IMG/VR virus record: IMGVR_UViG_3300029190_000005
Length of the DNA: 37,783 nucleotides
DNA from: a virus
Lineage: Duplodnaviria; Heunggongvirae; Uroviricota; Caudoviricetes
Strand: one strand, 5' to 3'
How positions within the stretch are numbered: position 1 is the first letter of the stretch; each line of letters starts with the position of its first letter. Shown here piece by piece: positions 1 to 8,459 of this stretch. Position numbers and translations under genes: made by a program. The notes under the pieces were generated by a model. The model had not been told where the DNA came from. It did no database searches and saw only the letters and a program-made list of their open reading frames with translations.

Positions 1-75
1 AATGAAGTGAACGGTATTTCCCGCGTGGTGTATGACATCAGCGGCAAGCCGCCAGCTACCATTGAGTGGGAATGA
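1..75 (+). CDS. guaA: 3' end of host GMP synthase-like gene (partial, host flank)
   Basis: Frame-1 translation ends ...NEVNGISRVVYDISGKPPATIEWE* with stop at 73-75; matches the GuaA C-terminus as I recall it. Not database-checked. Confidence 0.5.
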   Translation, partial: NEVNGISRVVYDISGKPPATIEWE

Positions 76-123
76 TTAACAGCTAACTCATAGCAAATCA
101 TTCCTATTCAGATGCCAACTCAA

Positions 124-148
124 CCCTCTGTTTTTGCAGAGGGTTTTT
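124..148 (+). terminator. Rho-independent terminator after host gene
   Basis: Hairpin CCCTCTG (124-130) / CAGAGGG (137-143) followed by TTTTT (144-148). Confidence 0.5.
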
Positions 149-203
149 GTTTTTATGTATTCATTTCTATTCACTCTACACCATATTTTTCGGCGGTACA
201 GGT

Positions 204-239
204 GACGGTATTACCTTAAAGGTATACTCTCATACCGTC
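204..239. promoter_or_regulatory. Nested inverted repeats upstream of integrase, including an imperfect TTACC-N5-GGTAt site (211-225)
   Basis: GACGGTAT (204-211) pairs with ATACCGTC (232-239); TTACCTTAAAGGTAT at 211-225 differs from the window-wide palindrome family by one base. Confidence 0.35.
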
Positions 240-267
240 ATGAAAATGGTTTCTATACGGGTGAATT

Positions 268-1518
268 GTGCTTACCGATACAAAATTAAAAAACCTCAAG
301 CCGCAGGACAAACTGTACAAGGTCTCCGATCGTGACGGGCTGTATGTAGCTGTGCTTACGTCAGGCACGGTCTCATTTCGTTATGACTACCGTATCAACG
401 GTCGCCGCGAAACACTGGTAATCGGGCAGTATGGGCGTGACGGTATCAGCCTGGCAGAAGCGCGGGAAGAACTGATTGCTGCAAAGAAGCTGCTTAAAGC
501 AGGCCAGTCACCGGCTGCGGCTAAACGTGACGGTATCAAAAAGATTCGTGGTGCCGAAACGTTTGCGGTACATACCGACAGTTATATGAAACACGTCATC
601 CTGGCTGAAAGTACCCGCGCAATGAAGCAGGCAGTGATCGACCGTGACATACTTCCGGTTCTTGGCAACAAAATGATGGCTGAAATTACCACATCGATGG
701 TTCGTGATTTGTGTGACCGGATTGTCGAACGCGGTGGCCGGGCAACAGCAGTGCAGGCCAGGGAGATCATCAGCAGCGTATACCGTCACGCCAATGACCG
801 TGGTCATGGTTTGTTTAATCCTGCGGCTGACATTAAGCCTTCGTCTATCGCCATATTTAAACCACGAGAGCGAACACTGACACCAGAAGAAATTGGCCTG
901 TTCTTCCGCACGTTGGATGCCATTGGTGCTATGGGCACTATGAAAATGGCTTTAAAACTGGTGCTTATCACTATGGTTCGTAAGGGCGAATTCACCAATG
1001 CAACGTGGGATGAAATAGATTTTAAAAAATGGACATGGACAATTCCTTCAGACCGCATGAAGGGAAGCCGGGCGCATGTTATTTACCTGCCTAAACAGGC
1101 TCAGGATATATTGGTCGGGTTGCAGATGTGCGCTGGTGGAAGTGAATATCTGGTTCCTGGTCGTTACAATTTCCGGAAGCCATTATCTAATGCCGCGCTG
1201 AACTCTCTGATCGACAGAACGGTGAAAATAATAAATGAAGATGGTGAGCATATTCAGGATTTCACCGTACACGATATGCGCCGTACAGCCAGTACGTTGT
1301 TGCATGAGGCTGGTTATCCTTCAGACTGGATTGAAAAGGCTCTGGCACATGAGCAGAAAGGTGTGCGCGCCGTATATAACAAAGCGGAATACGCCAGACA
1401 GCGCGCCTACATGTTGCAGCAGTGGGCCGATATGATAGATTCCTGGATTAACGGGGAGCATACGGATCTGATTCCGTTCTCCCCGTCGAAGTTTGAGAAG
1501 TGGATGGCGAGGGAATAA
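268..1518 (+). CDS. Tyrosine recombinase / phage integrase (P4-like)
   Basis: 416-aa ORF with GTG start; N-terminal arm-binding-like region (LYVAVLTSGTVSFRYDYRINGRRETLVIG) and C-terminal catalytic region with HDMRRTASTLL and a tyrosine near the C-terminus; sits at the prophage-host junction. Confidence 0.9.
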   Translation: MLTDTKLKNLKPQDKLYKVSDRDGLYVAVLTSGTVSFRYDYRINGRRETLVIGQYGRDGISLAEAREELIAAKKLLKAGQSPAAAKRDGIKKIRGAETFAVHTDSYMKHVILAESTRAMKQAVIDRDILPVLGNKMMAEITTSMVRDLCDRIVERGGRATAVQAREIISSVYRHANDRGHGLFNPAADIKPSSIAIFKPRERTLTPEEIGLFFRTLDAIGAMGTMKMALKLVLITMVRKGEFTNATWDEIDFKKWTWTIPSDRMKGSRAHVIYLPKQAQDILVGLQMCAGGSEYLVPGRYNFRKPLSNAALNSLIDRTVKIINEDGEHIQDFTVHDMRRTASTLLHEAGYPSDWIEKALAHEQKGVRAVYNKAEYARQRAYMLQQWADMIDSWINGEHTDLIPFSPSKFEKWMARE

Positions 1519-1712
1519 CGTTTAATTATTCTGCTGATTTTCTTCCATCTCGGCTTCTGCTGCCAGTGATTCAATTTTATCTGTGAATATTGCTGACAGT
1601 GTTGCAAATTCAGCATCAGTGACAGCGGGAATTGGAACAAACCTGATCCCGCTGTGTGCAAGCATGTTTGCAGTTTCAAGGCATTTCCTTAAATCTGCTG
1701 GTGATGCCCTGT

Positions 1713-2363
1713 TCATGCTGCACGCTCCCGCCCCTGGTTGTCTGTTGGTGACAGCGGAGCATTGCTGAATGCATTTGTTAATCTGGCAATATCCAACGCG
1801 TATCCAGGGTGTAGTTGCACTGCCGGGTCTTCGCACTGATTACCCCAAACATCGAAACCATGAGACGACTGGCGGGCGAACAGTTCAATGCGAGAAACAT
1901 CGCCTAACAATTGCACAAGTTTTTCACGAACGATATCTGGTTTTCTTGAATGCTCAAGCCGCGGTGCGGTAAATGACTGAACGATCCCTGCATTAATGCG
2001 CGTAGGTAGTTTTCCCTTTACTGCAAACAGGCAATCTTCACTATTGGCGCGAGTCATGTGACCCATACCCATAACCAGTTTATCTGGTTGTCGACTACCA
2101 CATTTTATCCACGTGAATCCCTTCATGGTCATCAGACGGAATCCCCAGGCCTCAACAACTTTTAGTGCTTCGAGTGGTTGTGTTGGCACCCACCACATGG
2201 CCAACAGACAGTTTTCATCGGCCAAATCCCACACAGGAAGGCGGCAGATATCCAGCACACTCATAACCGGATATTTAAAACCGGCACCGCGATTACCATC
2301 TGCGGCTTTGTCCCGGTATACCCAGGGTGGATCTGCATAGATTAGTGTGTATTTCTTAGTCAT
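1713..2363 (-). CDS. N6-adenine DNA methyltransferase (MT-A70-like, DPPW motif), orphan
   Basis: Translation MTKKYTLIYADPPWVYRD... carries the DPPW catalytic motif. ATG at 2363 is preceded by GGGGTGG; the ORF track extends to a GTG at 2375. No partner restriction enzyme seen. Confidence 0.75.
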   Translation of the reverse strand: MTKKYTLIYADPPWVYRDKAADGNRGAGFKYPVMSVLDICRLPVWDLADENCLLAMWWVPTQPLEALKVVEAWGFRLMTMKGFTWIKCGSRQPDKLVMGMGHMTRANSEDCLFAVKGKLPTRINAGIVQSFTAPRLEHSRKPDIVREKLVQLLGDVSRIELFARQSSHGFDVWGNQCEDPAVQLHPGYALDIARLTNAFSNAPLSPTDNQGRERAA

Positions 2364-2655
2364 AAACCACCCCACAACATCCTATGCCGCTATAGTCGCC
2401 ACGGCGAAGGCCGTTACCTTTTGTGATACATTGGTCCCTGCGAACCGCGATCCTTGCACGCTCAACATCACCAGAAGCAACATCCATACACTGAAGCCAA
2501 AGGTGAGCGGCAATGCGGAACTGCCCTTTTTTCTCTCTTTCAATCGCGCGTTTTTCGATCTCTATCGCCGCAGGAGTAACGGCGACAATCTTTGACGGAC
2601 TGCGCATTGAAACCTTGTTCATGTGATATTTTTCAAGTCGGCTTAACTTTCTCAC
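2356..2655 (-). CDS. Hypothetical protein (early-left operon)
   Basis: 99-aa ORF with GTG start preceded by GAGAGGG; overlaps the methyltransferase start by a few nt as in an operon. No recognisable motif. Confidence 0.4.
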   Translation of the reverse strand: MRKLSRLEKYHMNKVSMRSPSKIVAVTPAAIEIEKRAIEREKKGQFRIAAHLWLQCMDVASGDVERARIAVRRDQCITKGNGLRRGDYSGIGCCGVVYD

Positions 2656-2764
2656 TTAATCCAACCCTCTCTGAAAATTAATGCCAGCAGATAAAGCCAT
2701 GCTGAAACAGAGGCCAGGAATAAGTACCATCCTGACCATTTGCTCCAGTGCCTTAGCAGCACAC

Positions 2765-3013
2765 TCATGCCGCGTTGCTCACGGGACGATATACACGTTG
2801 CTGAACAGGAGGTTTTTTACCCTGGAACTCTGCCGGGCTTGCTGCCTGACGTTCATCAAGCCAACGCTCAACTTCATCACGGTTCCATGCGCAGCGTTTA
2901 TCGGTGATATACCAGCGTTTAGGAAATTCCCCTGCGCGCTCCATACGGTCGATAGTGCTCCATGACAGTGGAACCACCGCCAGGAGTTCCTTCTTACCTA
3001 ATGCACCTTTCAT
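2765..3013 (-). CDS. AlpA/Xis-like small DNA-binding protein (putative excisionase or regulator)
   Basis: 82 aa; segment LSWSTIDRMERAGEFPKRWYITDKRCAWNRDEVERWL resembles the AlpA/excisionase winged-HTH family; lies near the integrase. Confidence 0.65.
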   Translation of the reverse strand: MKGALGKKELLAVVPLSWSTIDRMERAGEFPKRWYITDKRCAWNRDEVERWLDERQAASPAEFQGKKPPVQQRVYRPVSNAA

Positions 3014-3062
3014 AAATACCTCTCTTGGTTGCAGTGCGGCGCGCGTGGCGCCGCGGTGGTGG

Positions 3063-4004
3063 TTACATAGATGTTTCGTTTAATTCTTCCCGACGAACGC
3101 TGTAAACGTCGGTGGCTTTTGCCAGCAGTTCGTCATCATCTGAAAGTTTTTGTGCAATGTATTTGTAAGCCTTATCCAGTTCGGAGACAGTGCTGTAATT
3201 CATCGCTGCGCTGGTAAAGGCCATCAGCATTTCTTCTGGATCACGGCTGTCCGATTTACGCGTTTGCTCATCAGGCTTTTTCGCTGGTTTAGCGTTGATC
3301 AGACTGTTCATTCCCGCAGCAGTGGTCGTTTGCGGAGTAATGTCTCGCTCAACGCGCGGTGCCGTTTCCTGTAATTCGTCTGGGGTGTAGACGCCCATGA
3401 TTACGTCAGGACAGTGCAGGCGAGACCAGCGTTTTGTCGCAAGGTATGCGAGTTGTTGTTTCGGATCACTGGCCCAAAGTGTGGAGTTTCTTACCTGTGC
3501 TTGAGACAGCATTAACTCAAGCACTCGAGGTTGATCCTCGCCCTTCATGGTTGCCCATACGCGAACACCGCAGCCTTCTTCGTCTTTTAGAGTCCAGCCT
3601 GGTGCGATATATGGATTGCCGTTTTTGGATGTTTTCTCAACAAACTTACCGATCACGCGTTCCCACGGCCCGAACCACTCGTAGTTGATGCGATCTTTTG
3701 TTGGCGACATCGTTGAGATAACTGCGTTTACTAATTGGGCTTCATAACCTAGCGTGCCGTTCACAACATGGGTTTTCTGAGCCACGGCAAACGGGTTCAT
3801 TCCCCACTGCGCAGCCTGCATTGCCACGGCCATGCAATCAGCTGGTTTCCCGGCGAGGTGCGCCGGTACCGTTACGCGGCTTTGCGCCATTACCTCGGCG
3901 AATTTCATCAGTTGGTTCAAGCCGTCTGGGCTGAAAATAGTTGCAGCAGTTCCAGCGATTGCTGTGTCTACTGGTGCGTTGATGTTTGCGATGTCGTTGC
4001 TCAT
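3063..4004 (-). CDS. recT: RecT-family single-strand annealing protein
   Basis: Translation from ATG at 4004 (MSNDIANINAP...) contains the RecT-like core GKPADCMAVAMQAAQWGMNPF...NGTLGYEAQL; start overlaps the stop of the upstream exonuclease gene (ATGA). Confidence 0.8.
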   Translation of the reverse strand: MSNDIANINAPVDTAIAGTAATIFSPDGLNQLMKFAEVMAQSRVTVPAHLAGKPADCMAVAMQAAQWGMNPFAVAQKTHVVNGTLGYEAQLVNAVISTMSPTKDRINYEWFGPWERVIGKFVEKTSKNGNPYIAPGWTLKDEEGCGVRVWATMKGEDQPRVLELMLSQAQVRNSTLWASDPKQQLAYLATKRWSRLHCPDVIMGVYTPDELQETAPRVERDITPQTTTAAGMNSLINAKPAKKPDEQTRKSDSRDPEEMLMAFTSAAMNYSTVSELDKAYKYIAQKLSDDDELLAKATDVYSVRREELNETSM

Positions 4005-4822
4005 ATGTACATATCCTGTTTGCGTGCCCACTCAGGGCGTTTAATGATTTCCACACCGCCCCATTCATCATTGATGCGGCATTCGTGATAGGTATTCAGA
4101 TCCCGGCGGAACAGAGCGTGCCCGGCATCGACATCCTGCGCATCCAGCTCGAACACGCGTACCGGATACCGACCACAATCAATGCTTTCGCTCACGGCAA
4201 GAAAGAAAAAACCATGCGGCTGACCAGTAACCCTCATTGCGCCTTCGCGGTACATTGCGTCCTGCACGTGGTAGCGGAATTCCTCGATGTGGCGTGCAAA
4301 ACGGTCCATATCTGCAACCTTTTTCACGTCGACGATCACGTTGTGCTCGTTCAGCCATTTGTCTGGACGAATTCGGCACAACTCCCCCGTCTCTTCATCG
4401 TTCCAGTACATTGATGCTTCGCAGTAACCAGGTGCTTCCAGCATCCAGCGTGCCGCCGGGTGAGCCATTGCGCTATCACGCATCAGCTCCAGTTTCCGCC
4501 ACTGCTCGGCATCAAGTACCGTAATCCCCATATCCGCCACATCACGAAGAAATTCCTCTTCGTCAGCTTTACCTTGTTTCGTCCGACGATCGAATTTCGG
4601 TGAAACAATGAAGCGTTTGTCGAACTCTCCAGGCTCCAGAAGCAGACAGTGCAATGCGGTTCCCATATCCAGTGCAGACTTTTTCTCTTCGTCTTCTGGT
4701 GCTGCCTGAACCCATTTAAGAAGCGCCGGATTCTTGGCAACCATGTCCAGTTGCGACTTACTCACGCCGTCACCGGCGTGGTAGTCTTCGTTGCTGATGT
4801 CGAAATAAATTCCCGGTTTCAT
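4001..4822 (-). CDS. RecE-like exonuclease (PD-(D/E)XK nuclease domain)
   Basis: 273 aa starting MKPGIYFDISNEDYHAGDGVSKSQLD...; this N-terminus and the D/E/K-rich core are typical of prophage exodeoxyribonuclease VIII-like proteins; translationally coupled to recT. Confidence 0.75.
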   Translation of the reverse strand: MKPGIYFDISNEDYHAGDGVSKSQLDMVAKNPALLKWVQAAPEDEEKKSALDMGTALHCLLLEPGEFDKRFIVSPKFDRRTKQGKADEEEFLRDVADMGITVLDAEQWRKLELMRDSAMAHPAARWMLEAPGYCEASMYWNDEETGELCRIRPDKWLNEHNVIVDVKKVADMDRFARHIEEFRYHVQDAMYREGAMRVTGQPHGFFFLAVSESIDCGRYPVRVFELDAQDVDAGHALFRRDLNTYHECRINDEWGGVEIIKRPEWARKQDMYI

Positions 4823-5118
4823 GCCGCGTCCCTCTGTCCATCAAGCTGATCCGCCAGATCCCAGCGGGCGATAATTGCCATTGCCTCTCGCCGATAGGCA
4901 TCCATCAGTTCTTCGAACTCAGGGCTGTCTTTAGCAGCCTCCAGTACTTCCTGGCGAACGCCTTTAACTGTTACAACGTCGAAAGTTGATGCCAGTTGAT
5001 GAAGCCGGATACTCTCAATCAGTTCAACTTGTCGGTCATATAGCTGTTCTGACAGACGGTAGTCCTTGTCGAATGCCAGCATGATTTTTTGAAGATTTTT
5101 CTGCTGATTAACGTTCAT
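4819..5118 (-). CDS. Hypothetical protein (early-left operon)
   Basis: ORF starting MNVNQQKNLQ with GGAGGG upstream; overlaps the RecE-like start. Function unknown. Confidence 0.45.
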   Translation of the reverse strand: MNVNQQKNLQKIMLAFDKDYRLSEQLYDRQVELIESIRLHQLASTFDVVTVKGVRQEVLEAAKDSPEFEELMDAYRREAMAIIARWDLADQLDGQRDAA

Positions 5119-5120
5119 TA

Positions 5121-5273
5121 TCAGCCCTCCCATATCTCGTTATCGTTGGCCACATCGCGAGCTTCTTTGCTGACGAAAGCCCACTTAATGCCTTCCTGTA
5201 AGGTGCGGAACTTCCAGCTCATGAATCCGCATGCAGTAACGCAGTACCAACCGTTGATGATTTTCCACTGCAT
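5121..5273 (-). CDS. Small ORF (50 aa), first gene of the leftward operon
   Basis: My own translation (below the ORF-track cutoff): MQWKIINGWYCVTACGFMSWKFRTLQEGIKWAFVSKEARDVANDNEIWEG*. Directly downstream of the OL-like sites; weak SD. Confidence 0.3.
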   Translation of the reverse strand: MQWKIINGWYCVTACGFMSWKFRTLQEGIKWAFVSKEARDVANDNEIWEG

Positions 5274-5292
5274 AACTTGTTACCTCGGTCTG

Positions 5293-5307
5293 TTACCGTT
5301 GAGGTAA
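5293..5307. promoter_or_regulatory. Operator-like palindrome TTACCGTTGAGGTAA (OL-like site 1)
   Basis: Perfect TTACC-N5-GGTAA at the head of the leftward operon, downstream of the repressor gene. Confidence 0.6.
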
Positions 5308-5354
5308 TAATTATGCGTATATGGTTTGATGTCAATAGATATGAGTTAAAAAAA

Positions 5355-5369
5355 TTACCCGTTAGGTAA
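5355..5369. promoter_or_regulatory. Operator-like palindrome TTACCCGTTAGGTAA (OL-like site 2)
   Basis: Perfect TTACC-N5-GGTAA; centre is 62 bp from the centre of the 5293-5307 site. Confidence 0.6.
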
Positions 5370-5381
5370 TCGAATAGGCAA

Positions 5382-5404
5382 TAAAAAAGCCGCCATAAGG
5401 CGGC
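5382..5404 (-). terminator. Rho-independent terminator downstream of the repressor gene
   Basis: Hairpin GCCGCC (5389-5394) / GGCGGC (5399-5404); on the minus strand it is followed by TTTTTTAT. Confidence 0.55.
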
Positions 5405-5426
5405 TTACTTACTGAAAAATATGGTT

Positions 5427-6011
5427 TTATTGTTTGTTTTTTTCGTTCTGGTTGATGACAAATTCAATGTAACTTTCGATCTTTGCTTTCTCGGTTTCGG
5501 GTAACAATGCGTAGCGCGAGCGATCATAGTTGATGGTCGCAGGGTCGTGCGGGTGAATCAGTAATTCATAGCCGTGACGCCCGAATGCGGATGCAACATT
5601 CTCCAGGGTGGAAATGGAAACGCTGACCTCATTGTTTAACAGGCGGCTGATTGTCACCTGGGCTACGCCGGATGCGCGGTGAAGTTTTCCCTGTGTTGAA
5701 AGGTCGCGGCTTTCGCTCATCCAGCGTTCCAGGTTGTGAGCCGCCAGCTGGCCAATGTCGCTTGGGCCGACAGGCTGAAAACCTTCCTGAGAAAGCGAGC
5801 GATCGATATCAAGCCAGTTACGGGGTTTATTGGCGGCAGCTTCAATTTTTCGCGCAACCTGATCGCCGATAACCTTCTTACCAAGAGCCCAGCGGTTTAC
5901 CAGATTTGCCTGAGTTCCAAGTTTTTCAGCCATCCGCGTCTGAACACCATTGAATTCACGGTCGATCAAGTCGTTGAGATTTTGCCTGCGGACGTCCTGG
6001 ATACTTTTCAT
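5427..6011 (-). CDS. Prophage repressor (CI-like position), HTH protein without recognisable S24 peptidase domain
   Basis: 194 aa. N-terminal HTH-like segment (RMAEKLGTQANLVNRWALGKKVIGDQVARKIE) and a second HTH-like segment (LHRASGVAQVTISRLLNNE); no Ala-Gly cleavage site or Ser/Lys dyad seen; divergent from the Cro-like gene across an operator cluster. Confidence 0.75.
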   Translation of the reverse strand: MKSIQDVRRQNLNDLIDREFNGVQTRMAEKLGTQANLVNRWALGKKVIGDQVARKIEAAANKPRNWLDIDRSLSQEGFQPVGPSDIGQLAAHNLERWMSESRDLSTQGKLHRASGVAQVTISRLLNNEVSVSISTLENVASAFGRHGYELLIHPHDPATINYDRSRYALLPETEKAKIESYIEFVINQNEKNKQ

Positions 6012-6066
6012 TTTCTGGAAAATCGCCTCATATATGAATCAGTAGATGATTCAATTTAAAGCAATA

Positions 6067-6081
6067 TTACCCAACAGGTAA
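6067..6081. promoter_or_regulatory. Operator-like palindrome TTACCCAACAGGTAA (OR-like site)
   Basis: Perfect TTACC-N5-GGTAA in the divergent repressor/cro intergenic region. Confidence 0.65.
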
Positions 6082-6083
6082 AT

Positions 6084-6129
6084 GCACCTCATGGGTAACT
6101 ATCCTTGATTTTTGTTACCTTATGGGTGA
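6084..6129. promoter_or_regulatory. Two degenerate operator-like sites plus candidate rightward promoter
   Basis: GCACCTCATGGGTAA (6084-6098) and TTACCTTATGGGTGA (6115-6129) each keep one perfect half-site; candidate -35 TTGTTA (6112-6117) and -10 TATTAT (6135-6140) lie upstream of the Cro-like start at 6166. Confidence 0.5.
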
Positions 6130-6165
6130 ATATTTATTATCTGAAATAAATATCAGGCAATAGCT

Positions 6166-6396
6166 ATGAGCGATAACGGACATTTCGATTTCAAAAAGCA
6201 CTGGCTTGCACTTACTCCGGATGAGCGTGAAGCCTTCGCACAGGAAGCCGGAACGACGAGTCACTATATCCAGACTCACTTAACAGGTAAGCGCAAAATG
6301 CCAGGTAAAGTATTGATGAATGGGCTTTTTAAAGCCTGTAAAACAAGACAATGGCTGCGCTCAAAAGCAGAACTGGCATACTTCTTCTACTCATGA
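6166..6396 (+). CDS. Cro-like small regulator
   Basis: 76-aa ORF divergent from the repressor, immediately right of the operator cluster; weak HTH-like features only. Confidence 0.55.
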   Translation: MSDNGHFDFKKHWLALTPDEREAFAQEAGTTSHYIQTHLTGKRKMPGKVLMNGLFKACKTRQWLRSKAELAYFFYS

Positions 6397-6418
6397 TATC
6401 CAGCTACAACCCTCTGTA

Positions 6419-6440
6419 GACCGCCACCCGGCGGTCTTTT
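6419..6440 (+). terminator. Rho-independent terminator after the Cro-like gene (tR1-like)
   Basis: Hairpin GACCGCC (6419-6425) / GGCGGTC (6430-6436) followed by TTTT (6437-6440). Confidence 0.5.
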
Positions 6441-6451
6441 CATATCTATTC

Positions 6452-6466
6452 GTACCTCAAAGGTAA
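6452..6466. promoter_or_regulatory. Operator-like site GTACCTCAAAGGTAA (one mismatch)
   Basis: Sits just after the tR1-like terminator and before the next gene. Confidence 0.4.
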
Positions 6467-6546
6467 TAAAAAACCAAATATGGTTGATATTTTTTTTGTG
6501 TCAGCACAAAATGACCGTAATCCCAATACTAATAACAGGGCTTACC

Positions 6547-6747
6547 ATGGAAATCATTACACGTATTGATGCCGCAAAGCGCGGACTTAAACGCTACTAC
6601 ACCGGAAAAACATGTAAGCACGGACATGACAGTGAACGCTGGGTTTACAACGGACACTGTGTTGAGTGCACCATGGAATCAAACCGTCGTATCAGGGCAG
6701 AGATTAAGCAGATCATGATTAATTCCTCCCCACAACATTCAAGCTGA
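6547..6747 (+). CDS. Small Cys/His-rich protein at the CII position (hypothetical)
   Basis: MEIITRIDAAKRGLKRYYTGKTCKHGHDSERWVYNGHCVEC... has C-x2-H ... C-x2-C spacing suggesting a zinc ribbon. Start at 6547 is my choice; the track ORF begins at 6484. Confidence 0.4.
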   Translation: MEIITRIDAAKRGLKRYYTGKTCKHGHDSERWVYNGHCVECTMESNRRIRAEIKQIMINSSPQHSS

Positions 6748-6762
6748 TAGCGGAGATTAATC

Positions 6763-7578
6763 ATGAGCAGACATGCAACAGATTGGGCCTGGGAGACAGA
6801 TCCAGGTAGCTCATCATTAAAGCTCATACTGCTCTCGATGGCTGACAGAGCCGATGAATATAACCTCTGCTACCCCAGCATAGAACGCCTCGTTAAAGAC
6901 ACTTGCCTGAATAAAAAAACCGTGCAGGCCGGGCTTATATCGCTCATGAAAATGGGGCTTATTTCAGATACCGGAGAGAGAAAGGGAGCGACAAAAAGAG
7001 TGCGGGTTTTCTCTCTTAATATAACCAAAAACGGGAACATTAAAGGCAACCGGGAGGGGGGCAATGAACCCGAAAACGGTAATGTTACCGAAAACGGGAA
7101 TATACCCAAAAACGGGATGTTGAATGATCCCAAAAACGGGATGTTGAATGATCCCAAAAACGGGATCCAGAACCAGTCATATAACCAGTCATTTAACCAA
7201 GAGAGGGAGAGCAGGACAAAAAGCGGGGATTCTGTGCCTCATGACCCCGGAGCAAACAACGCCGTGATGAATAACTTTGTTCCTCCTGGTGGGCCAGGGC
7301 AATTAGGCAAATTTGTCATGCATGAACAATGGCAGCCATCAGATGACTTTCTTCGGAAAAGCTCATTGCAGGGGATCTACCTGGACAGTCTGCCAACGGC
7401 ACAGGAACTTGCAGAGTTCAGAATTTACTGGATGGCTGAGGGTAAGGCATACCATCAGGCACAGTGGGAGCAGAAGCTGGCAAGGCGGCTGCAGATTAGC
7501 AGACAGAAGCAATCAACATTACCTGATAACAACGTTCCGCACTGGAACAGCCCTGAAGCATGGGAGGATTTCTTGTGA
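6763..7578 (+). CDS. Replication initiator (lambda O-like) with internal iterons
   Basis: 271 aa; the N-terminal HTH-like region followed by a repeat-encoded low-complexity linker (PKNGMLNDPKNGMLNDPKNG) is the typical O-like architecture. Confidence 0.75.
   Translation: MSRHATDWAWETDPGSSSLKLILLSMADRADEYNLCYPSIERLVKDTCLNKKTVQAGLISLMKMGLISDTGERKGATKRVRVFSLNITKNGNIKGNREGGNEPENGNVTENGNIPKNGMLNDPKNGMLNDPKNGIQNQSYNQSFNQERESRTKSGDSVPHDPGANNAVMNNFVPPGGPGQLGKFVMHEQWQPSDDFLRKSSLQGIYLDSLPTAQELAEFRIYWMAEGKAYHQAQWEQKLARRLQISRQKQSTLPDNNVPHWNSPEAWEDFL
7024..7174 (+). repeat. Iteron array (putative replication origin) inside the O-like gene
   Basis: About six direct repeats with core (C)CAAAAACGG(G/T)A; two adjacent 24-bp units CCCAAAAACGGGATGTTGAATGAT are identical (7105-7128 and 7129-7152). 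Confidence 0.7.
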
Positions 7579-8360
7579 ACAACGTTTTTACCGCGATACA
7601 AAACCGTGACGGAGAAGCCCTTTCTCGCATGTCAGGTTATGAGCATCAGTACGTCAACAATGACAATGTGGTGAACATGTCAGCAGAGAGGCTTGTTGAT
7701 GCCCTTTTTAAACAGCTGAAACAACTGTTTCCGGCGGCAGTGGTAACCAACCTGAAGACGCCAGAGCAGGAAGTTGCTGCAAAACAGCAGTGGATTGCTG
7801 CGTTTGCCGAAGGGGGGATCCGAACCCGTGAACAGGTTTCTGCTGGTATGCGCCACGCCCGCGCCAGTGAATCTCCGTTCTGGCCGTCTCCAGGGCAATT
7901 TATCAAGTGGTGCAAAGACAGCAAGATGGTTCTTGGCGTCACCATTGACGATGTGATGGCGGAGTTTCACCGGTACAGCAAGGAAAAAAGTTTATATCCT
8001 GGTGGTCCCGAAAGATTCCCGTGGCGACATCCGGTTATGTACTGGGTCGTATGTGATACCCGCCGTGCAATGTATCAGCGCCAGCTTAGCGAGATTGAGG
8101 TTGAGAAACACGCACGCAGGCTGCTCGATGATTGGGCGAAAAAGGTGGCTTCCGGACAGCAGATACCCGATCCGGTGATCAGCATACAGGCAAAGCCAGA
8201 GCCCATGAGTACGCCTCCGGACACAGGGAGAGACGTTTACCATCCACCAGGGCGAAGTTTCGGGTGCATGCCTAACGCCGCCACCCTTGGGGGAATAACA
8301 CCGGCGCAGTGGCTGATGGAGGAATACAGGCGGGGAAAGGCGGCAGGATTTATCAAGTAA
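7575..8360 (+). CDS. Replication protein P-like (helicase loader)
   Basis: Segment AAKQQWIAAFAEGGIRTREQVSAGMRHARASESPFWPSPGQFIKWCKD aligns by eye with lambda P as I recall it; GTG at 7575 is preceded by GGAGGA and overlaps the O-like stop. Confidence 0.8.
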   Translation: MNNVFTAIQNRDGEALSRMSGYEHQYVNNDNVVNMSAERLVDALFKQLKQLFPAAVVTNLKTPEQEVAAKQQWIAAFAEGGIRTREQVSAGMRHARASESPFWPSPGQFIKWCKDSKMVLGVTIDDVMAEFHRYSKEKSLYPGGPERFPWRHPVMYWVVCDTRRAMYQRQLSEIEVEKHARRLLDDWAKKVASGQQIPDPVISIQAKPEPMSTPPDTGRDVYHPPGRSFGCMPNAATLGGITPAQWLMEEYRRGKAAGFIK

Positions 8361-8397
8361 TACCAGCGCGATAGCGCATTTTTTTACGTCTATATGA

Positions 8398-8412
8398 TTA
8401 CCTGGAAGGTAA
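8398..8412. promoter_or_regulatory. Operator-like palindrome TTACCTGGAAGGTAA
   Basis: Perfect TTACC-N5-GGTAA in the intergenic region after the P-like gene. Confidence 0.55.
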
Positions 8413-8459
8413 TAAAATGTTCTAATCTCTATTGATTTCATGTCTTATGTGGTTTTTAA

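Noticed and set aside
147-335. 62-aa ORF spanning the attL region into int
   Set aside because: It overlaps the integrase start and the inverted-repeat region and has no RBS; most likely non-coding regulatory or att DNA.
5427-6011. LexA-like S24 autopeptidase domain in the repressor
   Set aside because: No Ala-Gly/Cys-Gly cleavage motif or Ser...Lys catalytic dyad pattern is visible in the C-terminal half, which instead looks like a second HTH region. A proper HMM search is still needed.
7024-7174. Possible CRISPR array
   Set aside because: Repeats are about 18-24 bp, directly adjacent without unique spacers, and lie inside the O-like coding sequence; they are origin iterons.
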